A stretch of 42,667 bases of DNA from Flavobacteriales bacterium (lineage in GTDB: Bacteria > Bacteroidota > Bacteroidia > Flavobacteriales_F > PHOS-HE28), in contig JAEUSX010000122.1 in assembly GCA_016788405.1 (NCBI GenBank), positions 1-42,667 of the forward strand. The letters run 5' to 3'. The notes under the pieces were generated by a model. That model was not told the origin of the DNA, did not search any database, and saw nothing but the letters and a program-made list of their open reading frames with translations. Position 1 is the stretch's first letter. Every line of letters begins with the position of its first letter. The position numbers were made by a program, and so were the translations under genes. Below are positions 26,876 through 34,991 of this stretch, piece after piece.

Positions 26876-27580
26876 ATGCCTGAAAGCGAGGAGAGCCGAA
26901 TCCCGATCCGAGAGTGGGCCAGCGACGATCGCCCGCGCGAGAAGCTCATGCGGCTTGGGGCGCGGTCGCTCTCCGATGCTGAGCTCATTGCCATCCTGAT
27001 CCGTTCAGGCTCCCGGGCGGAGAGCGCCCTTGATCTCGCGAAGCGCATCCTGGCGAAGGCAGGGAACGACCTGCACCGGCTCGGAGCGTTCAGCGTGATC
27101 GACCTGGCGGGGCCGAAGGGCATGGGCGAAGTGAAGGCAATCGCCATCGTGGCCGCATTGGAGCTTGGTCGCCGCCGACGCGAGAGCGATGCTCCGACGA
27201 GGCCTCTGATCGCAACCAGCTCGAGCGCATATGAGTTGATCCGTAGCAAGCTCATCGATCTGCCGCATGAGGAATTCTGGCTCATCCTGCTGGATCGTGG
27301 CAATCGGCTCCTGGATCTCGTCCCGGTCAGCAGTGGCGGGATGCACGGCACCGTGGTGGACCCCAAGCTCATCTTCAAGGCAGCGCTGGACAAGAGGGCC
27401 TCAGGCCTGCTGCTCTGCCATAACCACCCGAGCGGGCAACTGCGCCCCAGCGCGGAAGACATCAATCTGACACGCAAACTCGCCGAAGGCGCGCGATTGC
27501 TCGACCTCACCGTACAGGACCACCTGATCCTTGGCGGCACGGGCTACTACAGCTTCGCAGACAACGGCACGTTGTCATGA
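26876..27580 (+). CDS. radC: RadC-family JAB-domain protein
   Basis: N-terminal RPREKL...LSDAELIAILIRSGS (HhH region). JAMM motif LLLCHNHPSGQLRPSAEDINLT. ATG 26876 gives the typical ~230 aa. Confidence 0.9.
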   Translation: MPESEESRIPIREWASDDRPREKLMRLGARSLSDAELIAILIRSGSRAESALDLAKRILAKAGNDLHRLGAFSVIDLAGPKGMGEVKAIAIVAALELGRRRRESDAPTRPLIATSSSAYELIRSKLIDLPHEEFWLILLDRGNRLLDLVPVSSGGMHGTVVDPKLIFKAALDKRASGLLLCHNHPSGQLRPSAEDINLTRKLAEGARLLDLTVQDHLILGGTGYYSFADNGTLS

Positions 27581-28698
27581 GGCGATTCCTGAGCGTCGTA
27601 GGAGCACGGCCGCAATTCATCAAGGCCGCATCCGTGCATGAGGCATTCGCACGTCATGGGGGAGCTGATCATGGAATTCTGCACACGGGCCAGCATTACG
27701 ATGCGCGCATGAGCCAGGTGTTCTTCGACGAGCTGGGGATACCGCCTCCGCGATTCAATCTCGGCATCGGCTCCGACTCACCTGCGGCGCAGATCGGGCG
27801 CATGATCATCGGCCTCGAGGAAGTGCTGGCCAGCGAGAGACCGGACGTGGTGATCGTTTACGGAGACACCAACAGCACCTTGGCTGGTGCTATCGCGGCG
27901 AACAAGCTCCGACTGCCGGTGGCGCACGTGGAGGCCGGATTGCGCTCTTGGAACAAAAGCATGCCTGAGGAAGCCAACCGCGTGCTGTGCGATCACTGCT
28001 CGGACTGGCTGTTCTGCCCGACCGTTGCCTCCGTCGCGAATCTGCGACGTGAAGGGATCACCGGAGCCGCGCGGGAAACACGGCATCCGCGCCGACAGCG
28101 CTTGGAACTCACCGGTGATGTGATGTTGGATTCCAGCCTGCGCTTCGCCGCGATGGCCACTCAGCGGTCACGGATCTTGAATGACCTGCGCCTTAGCGAG
28201 GGCGAGTACTTCCTTGCCACGATCCATCGCAATTTCAATACGGATGACCCCGACCGGTTGCGCCGGATATTGAACGCGCTGCAACGACTCGCCGAATCGC
28301 ATGCGGCACCCGTGATCCTGCCTGTTCATCCGCGAACACAGCAGCGCATCGCCGAAGCCGGGCTAATCGCGCTTGGCTCGGACCCAGGGCTCATCCGCTT
28401 CATTCCGGCGGTCGGCTATTTCGACATGATCCAACTGGAGCGCCACGCGAGGCTGGTGCTCACCGATAGCGGTGGCGTGCAGAAGGAGGCCTACTTCTTC
28501 AAGCGGCCTTGCGTACTGCTTCGCGCCGAAACCGAGTGGACCGAGCTCCTTGAGAACGGTCAGGCCCGGCTCGCGGATGCCGACCCGGATAGGATCATGG
28601 CGGCGGCAGGTGCATTCCTTGCCGATGGCTTGCCCGCATGCCCGGCGCTTTTCGGAGATGGCCATGCCGCAGACCGAATAGCAGCCGCCCTCTCCTAG
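27577..28698 (+). CDS. wecB: UDP-N-acetylglucosamine 2-epimerase (non-hydrolysing)
   Basis: VVGARPQFIKAA, HTGQHYD...MSQVFFDELGIP, VYGDTNSTLAGA, HVEAGLRS, EEANR, TDSGGVQKEAYF. ATGA overlap with the radC stop. Confidence 0.92.
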   Translation: MRRFLSVVGARPQFIKAASVHEAFARHGGADHGILHTGQHYDARMSQVFFDELGIPPPRFNLGIGSDSPAAQIGRMIIGLEEVLASERPDVVIVYGDTNSTLAGAIAANKLRLPVAHVEAGLRSWNKSMPEEANRVLCDHCSDWLFCPTVASVANLRREGITGAARETRHPRRQRLELTGDVMLDSSLRFAAMATQRSRILNDLRLSEGEYFLATIHRNFNTDDPDRLRRILNALQRLAESHAAPVILPVHPRTQQRIAEAGLIALGSDPGLIRFIPAVGYFDMIQLERHARLVLTDSGGVQKEAYFFKRPCVLLRAETEWTELLENGQARLADADPDRIMAAAGAFLADGLPACPALFGDGHAADRIAAALS

Positions 28699-28739
28699 GC
28701 CTGCCAGCTGACGAACGCACAGCTACCTTGCCCGCAACA

Positions 28740-30053
28740 ATGAGTGCTGAGGAGGTCAGCATCTGGATCGAGGAGCCGAACTCGCGCGCGCGTTACGCCG
28801 CGGAACAGTTATTCGAGCGCATGCTTGGCTGGAAGGTGCGCTGGGCTGATACGGCGGGCGCCTTGCAGGCGGCCACTGACCCATGCCTCGCTTACAGCCG
28901 TGAGCCAGTGCCCGGGGCATTCCACCTGAAGCCCTGCGGCTGGCTGGTTCCCGGTGCCGATCGTACCGTGAATCCCGATGTGGAGTGGCGTGTCGCGCTG
29001 CCGCAACTGTTCCCCATGCCAGAGACGGCCATGGGGTTCGACCCGCTCGCTGCCTCCTTCTTCCTGCTCGCACGTGTGGAAGAGTACAATTCGCTGCCTT
29101 GTGATGCCCACGGACGCGTGCTCACCAGCGCTCTGCATGCTGACCAGCACCGGTACTTGCACCTGCCTGTGGTGGATGATTGGGCCATCCTCCTCGCAAA
29201 GCGATGGAGAGCCGTTGATCCGCGCGTTCCAGAACCCAAGCGCGCCTACGCGCATGTGGTCACGGTCGACCTTGACAACGGATTCAAGTACAAGGGGCGC
29301 CCGCTCTGGCGCACGCTCGGCTCATGGGCGCGTGACCTGTTCGGACAGAATGGGCAGGATGTGCTGGAGCGTGCGCGCGTGCTCTTCCGAAATGGGCCCG
29401 ATCCATTCGAGCTTGACCGCGAAGTGCTCGACGCCTTCGAAGCGTCGGCGAAGCGCCGCATCGCATTCATACTCGCGGCGGAGCGAGGAGAGTGGGACCA
29501 CGCGGTGCCCGTTGAGCATCCGGGCTACACGGCCTACTTGAGGTCGCTTACGGAGCACTTGGAAATCGGCATCCATCCCTCTTATCGAACGAGCGTATCC
29601 GCTTACCTCACTGCCAACGAGCGGGATCGCCTCCGGGACGCAGTGTCCATGCCGATCCTCCTCTCGCGTCAGCATTTCCTGCGCTTCGCCACACCTGGGA
29701 CCTTCCGGACCGCGATCGAGTCCGGATTCACGGAGGAGCATAGCATGGGCTGCCACGACCGCCTGGGCTTTCGCGCGGGAACGTGTACACCGTATGCTTG
29801 GTACGACCTGGAGCACGAGCGGGCCACGGCGCTCATCATCCACCCCTTCGCTGTGATGGATAACACGCTGCGCGAGAAGCTCAAGCTCGACCCTGATGCC
29901 GCGGTGGAGGCCGCACGAGCCATCATCGATTCGGTGAAGCGGGTGCGCGGCACCTTCACGGGACTCTGGCATGAGAGCTTCCTCTCCTCCTCTGCTTCGA
30001 ATCGCGCCTGGAGGCTGGCCATCCTGCGCATCATCCGCGAGGCTGCGCCATGA
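28740..30053 (+). CDS. Uncharacterised protein, possibly polysaccharide-deacetylase (NodB/CE4)-like
   Basis: ATG 28740 (MSAEEVSIWIEEP...). The segments VVTVDLDNGFKY, IGIHPSYRTS and LSRQHFLRF resemble divergent CE4 metal and catalytic motifs (D-x-D, H-x-x-x-H region, R..H). This is by-eye similarity only. Confidence 0.45.
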   Translation: MSAEEVSIWIEEPNSRARYAAEQLFERMLGWKVRWADTAGALQAATDPCLAYSREPVPGAFHLKPCGWLVPGADRTVNPDVEWRVALPQLFPMPETAMGFDPLAASFFLLARVEEYNSLPCDAHGRVLTSALHADQHRYLHLPVVDDWAILLAKRWRAVDPRVPEPKRAYAHVVTVDLDNGFKYKGRPLWRTLGSWARDLFGQNGQDVLERARVLFRNGPDPFELDREVLDAFEASAKRRIAFILAAERGEWDHAVPVEHPGYTAYLRSLTEHLEIGIHPSYRTSVSAYLTANERDRLRDAVSMPILLSRQHFLRFATPGTFRTAIESGFTEEHSMGCHDRLGFRAGTCTPYAWYDLEHERATALIIHPFAVMDNTLREKLKLDPDAAVEAARAIIDSVKRVRGTFTGLWHESFLSSSASNRAWRLAILRIIREAAP

Positions 30054-30955
30054 TCAAGCATCTCCGGCACCATGAGATCGACAAGGCGTCCTGGGATGCC
30101 CGCTTGATTCGTTGCCCGAACAGGCTCTGGTACGCCCAAAGCTGGGTGCTCGATATCGCATGCCCAGGCTGGGAGGCCCTTATCGATGATGCGGCTGACG
30201 CCATGATGCCGCTCACCTGCCGTCGGAAATGGTCGGTCAGCTACCTATTCCAGCCGCTCGGCATCCAACAGCTCGGTGTCTTCGCATCCATGCCCGCAAA
30301 TGAGCTTGCCGACCGCTTCATCGAAGCGATCCCGGGGCGCTTCCGCTACATCGACATCGCGCTCAATGAAGCGATGCGACCGAGCGAGGCAGCTGCCGGG
30401 AAGCACTCTGCCAGCGTCAATCAGGTGATCGTGCTTGACCGCCCGATAAATGAAATGCGCGCGGCATACTCAACCGGGCATCGCAGGAACCTCAAGGATG
30501 CGGCCGCCGGCCTGCATGCCATCGGACTGGAACCTGCCGATTTCGAGACGTTGTTCCGCCGCACCACCGGCGCGCGCTATGGGGACGCGGCGGTGAAGGG
30601 GCTCAAGGAGCTCACCGCAGTGATTGCTGAAGGAATCCGACGTGACCAATGCCGGATAGATGCTCTGGCTGAGGATGGTGAGGTCATCGCCGCAGCCTGC
30701 TTCGCCAGCTGGGAAGGGCGATCGATCCTCTTGAAATCAGCGAACACGGAGAGCGGTCACCGCGCGAAGGCCATGTTCCATCTGACGGACGCCTGGATAG
30801 CACGGAATGCGGGAACCGGCATGCTGCTCGACTTCGCTGGATCGAACACTCCAAGCGTCGCGCGCTTCAACGCCGGTTTCGGAGCGGTGACGAGGCCCTA
30901 CTTTCGCCTGCGCCGCAACCGCTTGCCGCTTTTGGCGCGATGGCTGAAGAACTAA
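30050..30955 (+). CDS. FemAB-like / GNAT-fold acyltransferase family protein (uncharacterised)
   Basis: ATGA overlap with the upstream gene. The N-terminus (IDKASWDARLIRCPNRLWYAQSWVLDIACPGWEALI...MPLTCRRKWSVSYLFQPLGIQQLGVFAS) matches a pattern I recall from Bacteroidota proteins annotated GNAT/BioF2-like. I cannot give an accession. Confidence 0.5.
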   Translation: MIKHLRHHEIDKASWDARLIRCPNRLWYAQSWVLDIACPGWEALIDDAADAMMPLTCRRKWSVSYLFQPLGIQQLGVFASMPANELADRFIEAIPGRFRYIDIALNEAMRPSEAAAGKHSASVNQVIVLDRPINEMRAAYSTGHRRNLKDAAAGLHAIGLEPADFETLFRRTTGARYGDAAVKGLKELTAVIAEGIRRDQCRIDALAEDGEVIAAACFASWEGRSILLKSANTESGHRAKAMFHLTDAWIARNAGTGMLLDFAGSNTPSVARFNAGFGAVTRPYFRLRRNRLPLLARWLKN

Positions 30956-30959
30956 GACC

Positions 30960-31610
30960 ATGGTACTCGAACTGGCGAAGCAGCGAAGCGCAGCGAATCA
31001 CTTCCTCGCCGAATTGCGTGATGCGCAGGTGCAGCAGGACCAGATGCGGTTCCGCCGCAACCTGGAGCGCGTGGGCGAAGCCTTGGGCCTCGAGATGAGC
31101 CGCACCCTGGAGTACGAGGAGCGCGAGGTGACCACGCCGCTGGGCATCGCGCGCATCGACCTGCTCAAGGAGCAGCCCGTGCTGGCCACCATCCTGCGCG
31201 CGGGCCTGCCGCTGCATCAAGGCCTGCTCAACTATTTCGATCGCGCTGATAATGCGTTCATCAGCGCGTACCGCAAGCATCGGAAAGGCGAAGAGGGCTT
31301 CGACATCGAGGTGGAATACCTGAGCAGCCCACGGCTCGACGACCGAGTGCTCGTGATCTGCGACCCCATGCTGGCCACCGGCCAGAGCATGGTGCTGGTG
31401 TACCGAGCCCTGTTGCGCATGGGCGTGCCTAAGCAATTGCACGTCGTCTCGGCGATCGCCAGCCTTGAAGGGCTGGAGCACGCCAAGCTGCACCTCCCCG
31501 CTGGCACGCGCTTCTGGATCGGCGCCATCGATGAGGAGATGACCGCCCAGGCCTACATCGTCCCGGGCCTTGGCGACGCCGGCGACCTGGCATACGGGCG
31601 CAAGGCTTGA
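30960..31610 (+). CDS. upp: Uracil phosphoribosyltransferase
   Basis: PRPP-binding loop VLVICDPMLATGQSM and C-terminal YIVPGLGDAGDLAYG. Confidence 0.92.
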   Translation: MVLELAKQRSAANHFLAELRDAQVQQDQMRFRRNLERVGEALGLEMSRTLEYEEREVTTPLGIARIDLLKEQPVLATILRAGLPLHQGLLNYFDRADNAFISAYRKHRKGEEGFDIEVEYLSSPRLDDRVLVICDPMLATGQSMVLVYRALLRMGVPKQLHVVSAIASLEGLEHAKLHLPAGTRFWIGAIDEEMTAQAYIVPGLGDAGDLAYGRKA

Positions 31611-31613
31611 TCC

Positions 31614-32066
31614 ATGGATGCCGCAGGCATCATCACGGTGCTGGGGACGAGCGTGGTCAAATTCCTGCTCGCGGCCGCGGTGTCCTACGGCTTCAACCAT
31701 ACGTTCTGGGAGACGGTGCTCCTGCTTTCCATCGGCGGCGGCCTCGGGAGCATCGTATTCTTCAAGGCCGGCGGCCGGTTGCTCGAATGGCTCCGCTTGC
31801 GGGGCCTGAAGCGCAGATCTGAGCGCGTGGCGCGCGGGCAGGCCCCTAAACGCGTGTTCACGCGCACCAACCGGTTCATCGTGCGCCTGAAGCACGGGTA
31901 CGGCTTGCTGGGCCTGGCCATCATGCCGCCCATCCTCTCGATCCCCATCACCGCGATCATCGCGGCGAAGTACTTCAGGCACGACCGCCGTGCGCTGCCA
32001 AGCCTGCTGGCATCCGTGGTGGCATGGTCCTTCGCGCTGAGCGCCGCATGGGCCTTCTTACGATGA
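31614..32066 (+). CDS. Small integral membrane protein (about 4 hydrophobic segments), hypothetical
   Basis: Hydrophobic helices (VVKFLLAAAVSYGF, VLLLSIGGGLGSIVFF, LLGLAIMPPILSIPITAIIAA, LLASVVAWSFALSAAWAF). Packed tightly between upp (3-nt gap) and the HAD gene (ATGA overlap). Confidence 0.6.
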   Translation: MDAAGIITVLGTSVVKFLLAAAVSYGFNHTFWETVLLLSIGGGLGSIVFFKAGGRLLEWLRLRGLKRRSERVARGQAPKRVFTRTNRFIVRLKHGYGLLGLAIMPPILSIPITAIIAAKYFRHDRRALPSLLASVVAWSFALSAAWAFLR

Positions 32067-32758
32067 AGCGCTACCGACACCTCTTCTTCGACCTGGACCA
32101 CACGCTCTGGGATTTCCGATCCAATTCGCGCGAGGCGTTGCGCGAATTGGTGGCCGACCATGACCTCATCGCCCGTGGAATCCCGAGCGCTGAGGCCTTC
32201 ATTGAAGCCTATGAGGAGATCAACCATGCGCTCTGGGCCGAACACGGCGCAGGGCGCATGCCCAAAGAGGTGCTTCGCGTGCTGCGCTTCCGCACCGGGC
32301 TTCAGCGCTTCGGCATCACAGATGGCCGATTGCCCGGACGACTCTCGGAGGAATACCTGGAGCGCTGCCCGCGCAAGACGTCCCTGATGCCAGGGACCCT
32401 CGAGATGCTGCGAGCGGCAGCCTCGAACCACCGCATGCACATCATCACCAACGGCTTCGAAGAGGTGCAGCACGTGAAGCTGCGCAACAGCGGGATCAAC
32501 GACCTGTTCGAGCTCGTGCTCACCAGCGAACGGGCAGGTGCTGCAAAGCCGCACGCGGCCATCTTCCAGGAGGCGTTGCGGCGCACGGGTGCCAGCGCCT
32601 CTGAAAGCGTGATGATCGGCGACAATTCCGATACCGACATGCTCGGCGCGCGCAACGCGGGCTGGGATCACATCCACTATGCCGCCGAGACGGAGCCGGA
32701 CACGCTGGCCACGCACCGCGTGGCGCATCACGACGAATTACGACGGCTGCTGGCCTGA
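32063..32758 (+). CDS. HAD-IA hydrolase, YjjG-like (noncanonical pyrimidine nucleotidase type)
   Basis: Motif I FFDLDHTLWDF, motif II ITNG, motif IV GDNSDTDMLGARNAG. Start at ATG 32063 (MKRYRHLFFDLD). Confidence 0.82.
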   Translation: MKRYRHLFFDLDHTLWDFRSNSREALRELVADHDLIARGIPSAEAFIEAYEEINHALWAEHGAGRMPKEVLRVLRFRTGLQRFGITDGRLPGRLSEEYLERCPRKTSLMPGTLEMLRAAASNHRMHIITNGFEEVQHVKLRNSGINDLFELVLTSERAGAAKPHAAIFQEALRRTGASASESVMIGDNSDTDMLGARNAGWDHIHYAAETEPDTLATHRVAHHDELRRLLA

Positions 32759-33265
32759 TGCGCGCGCGGAGTCCGACACGAAGTCGTAATCCATGTCGTA
32801 GTCGGCGCCCGTGATGTGGCTGTGGCGGAAGAAGTGCACGCGTGCAGGGCTCATCACCTTCCCGCGATAAGTGATCTCCCCGCGCAACGGCCGGGTCACC
32901 ATGAAGATGCTATCGCCGCGCACCTCGGCCATCACGTTGTGCAGGCCGATGGAGGGATCTCCCTTCGTATCGCGGATCAGGAAGTCGGGCAGGGTCGCCT
33001 CCACGTCCTTCGTTCCCCCCACCATCACGACGCGGCCTTCCGGGAAGAAGCGCATCAAGTAGCGCAGGCTGCCGCGTTCGCAGCGGTAATGCCCATCATA
33101 GCGAAGCCCAAGGCCATCGAAGGGGCCGGGCGGGGCCGGCTCCTCCGCTTCGACCTTCCGATTCTCCGCAGGCGCAGTGACCGCAGGCATGAACTTCTTC
33201 ACGGCGACCACGACCGCGAGGATCGCGATCAGCGCGAGGAGGGCTGTCTTGATGGTTCGTGTCAT
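32738..33265 (-). CDS. Hypothetical membrane-anchored or secreted protein
   Basis: N-terminal hydrophobic anchor MTRTIKTALLALIAILAVVVAV. Starts 1 nt after the psd stop. Its 3' end overlaps the convergent HAD gene by 21 nt. Confidence 0.55.
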   Translation of the reverse strand: MTRTIKTALLALIAILAVVVAVKKFMPAVTAPAENRKVEAEEPAPPGPFDGLGLRYDGHYRCERGSLRYLMRFFPEGRVVMVGGTKDVEATLPDFLIRDTKGDPSIGLHNVMAEVRGDSIFMVTRPLRGEITYRGKVMSPARVHFFRHSHITGADYDMDYDFVSDSARASGQQPS

Positions 33266-33266
33266 C

Positions 33267-33929
33267 TCATTCCGGGAATTGGGCGATCACGGAAACCGAT
33301 CCCGTCACGCGATCGCCGAGTCTCACCTTGATCATGGCATTCAACGGCAGCAGGAGGTCCACGCGCGAGCCGAACTTGATGAAGCCGAACTCGCTGCCCT
33401 GCCGCGCCGCAGTGCCCTCCAGGCTGTATGTGCAGATGCGACGGGCCAGCGCGCCCGCAATTTGCCGGAAGAGCACTTCGCCATGCCGCGGATGCCTCAC
33501 CACCACCGTGCTTCGCTCATTCTCCGTGCTGCTCTTCGGGTGCCACGCCACCAGGTACTTGCCGGGGTGGTACTTGTAGTAGCTCGTGACACCGTTGATG
33601 GGATGGTAGTTAATGTGCACGTTGAGCGGGCTCATGAAGATGGAGACCTGCACGCGTTTGTCGTTGAAGTACTCCGGCTCATGCACCTCCTCAATGGCCA
33701 CCACCTTGCCGTCGCACGGCGATGAGATGGCGCGGTCGTCGGCGAGGGGCGTCCGCGACGGCACCCGGAAGAACCAGAGCACGATGCCGAAAAGCGCGAG
33801 GAAGGGCAAGGTGAGCGCGATCGCGAGCGCTTGCGGAAGACCGCTCCAGCTCCAGATGCCGAAGAGCGCGAAGCAGACCGCCGCGATGGTGAGCAGGATG
33901 GTCGGGGTTCCCTCGCGATGCAGGCGCAT
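33267..33929 (-). CDS. psd: Phosphatidylserine decarboxylase proenzyme
   Basis: Two N-terminal TM helices, PCDGKV, and the self-cleavage site region GFIKFGSRVDLLLP (GS/T motif). Confidence 0.9.
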   Translation of the reverse strand: MRLHREGTPTILLTIAAVCFALFGIWSWSGLPQALAIALTLPFLALFGIVLWFFRVPSRTPLADDRAISSPCDGKVVAIEEVHEPEYFNDKRVQVSIFMSPLNVHINYHPINGVTSYYKYHPGKYLVAWHPKSSTENERSTVVVRHPRHGEVLFRQIAGALARRICTYSLEGTAARQGSEFGFIKFGSRVDLLLPLNAMIKVRLGDRVTGSVSVIAQFPE

Positions 33930-33974
33930 GTGCCGGATTGAAGCGCGGCGAATATAGACCGGTGCGGATCGCGG

Positions 33975-34775
33975 CTAAGCCAGGAGCCGGACCAGCAGCG
34001 CCATCACTGGTGCGGCGAGGAGGTAGCCGTCGAAACGGTCGAGCACGCCGCCATGGCCGGGCATGATCGCACCGCTGTCCTTCACTCCGGACTTCCGCTT
34101 CATGAAGCTTTCGAAGAGATCGCCGATGGTGGAGGCGGCCGTGACGAAGGGCGCGCTGATCAGCCAGACCGTGGCATCCACGTCCTGGTCGACCCACCGC
34201 GCGACCACCCATGCGGCCAGGAGCGTCGCGAGCATCCCTCCTATCAGCCCTTCCCACGTCTTGCCCGGGCTCACCGATGGCATGAGCTTTTTGCGACCGA
34301 TGGCCCGGCCAACGAGGTAGGCGCCTGTATCATTGGCCCAGAGCATCAGCATGAAGCCGATGAGCAGCGAAGGCGATCGCTGCACCATCCACGGTGCGCA
34401 CAGGAACGGAAGGGCGAGGTAGGCCACGAGCGAGAGCGCGAAGACCAATGCCTTTGGCCTGTTCGATTCGCGCAGCGCGATGGCGATCACGGCGACGCTC
34501 CATGACCCGGCCAGCCAAGGCACAGCCGTCCAGGAATCCGTCAGGGCGAGCAAGGAAGGCCCCAGGCAATAGGCCACCGCCGTGAGCGCCATCGATACGC
34601 CAGAAGTGAGCCGCGCTTCGCCCGAGCGCCAGTAGAGATCGTGCCACTCGCGCGCGGCCAACACCGCCACCAGGAGGAAGAGCGCCCACGAGGCCCATGC
34701 GCCAAGCCATGCCGCGCCCAGCACCAGCGCCACGTAGACGGCGCCGCTCGCTGCGCGGATGGCGACCTCCTTCAC
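33975..34775 (-). CDS. cdsA: Phosphatidate cytidylyltransferase (CDP-diglyceride synthase)
   Basis: Polytopic membrane protein with the signature SFMKRKSGVKDSGAIMPGHGGVLDRFDG. Confidence 0.92.
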   Translation of the reverse strand: MKEVAIRAASGAVYVALVLGAAWLGAWASWALFLLVAVLAAREWHDLYWRSGEARLTSGVSMALTAVAYCLGPSLLALTDSWTAVPWLAGSWSVAVIAIALRESNRPKALVFALSLVAYLALPFLCAPWMVQRSPSLLIGFMLMLWANDTGAYLVGRAIGRKKLMPSVSPGKTWEGLIGGMLATLLAAWVVARWVDQDVDATVWLISAPFVTAASTIGDLFESFMKRKSGVKDSGAIMPGHGGVLDRFDGYLLAAPVMALLVRLLA

Positions 34776-34987
34776 GGCTTCTCGGGATTGCGCACAAGAT
34801 GCAGCGCCTGCAGCACCTGGGCGCGCGGCACATAGATGCCCACTTCGCCAATCTGCGGATACACGCGTGCGCTCTGATCCATGATCAGCGCTTCGATGCC
34901 ATGCTCCTGCAGGCGTCCGCGCACCAATTCGGCCTCAGGAAGCGAGCCGGCGCTGTAGACGAGCGTCCAGTCGCTTGGGGCATCCAT
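34772..34987 (-). CDS. DUF2007-like small protein (putative signal-transducing fold)
   Basis: 71 aa: WTLVYSAGSLPEAELVRGRLQEHGIEALIMDQ....IYVPRAQVLQALHLV matches the DUF2007 pattern. 4-nt overlap with the cdsA start. Confidence 0.65.
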   Translation of the reverse strand: MDAPSDWTLVYSAGSLPEAELVRGRLQEHGIEALIMDQSARVYPQIGEVGIYVPRAQVLQALHLVRNPEKP

Positions 34988-34991
34988 GGGA

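Noticed and set aside
26518-27540. 340-aa minus-strand ORF
   Set aside because: It is antisense to rpsT and radC, both unambiguous. Its Ser/Arg/Leu-rich product is not protein-like.
31685-32731. 348-aa minus-strand ORF
   Set aside because: It is antisense to the membrane protein and the HAD hydrolase, which has DxDxT and GDxxxD motifs. It is a GC3 artefact.
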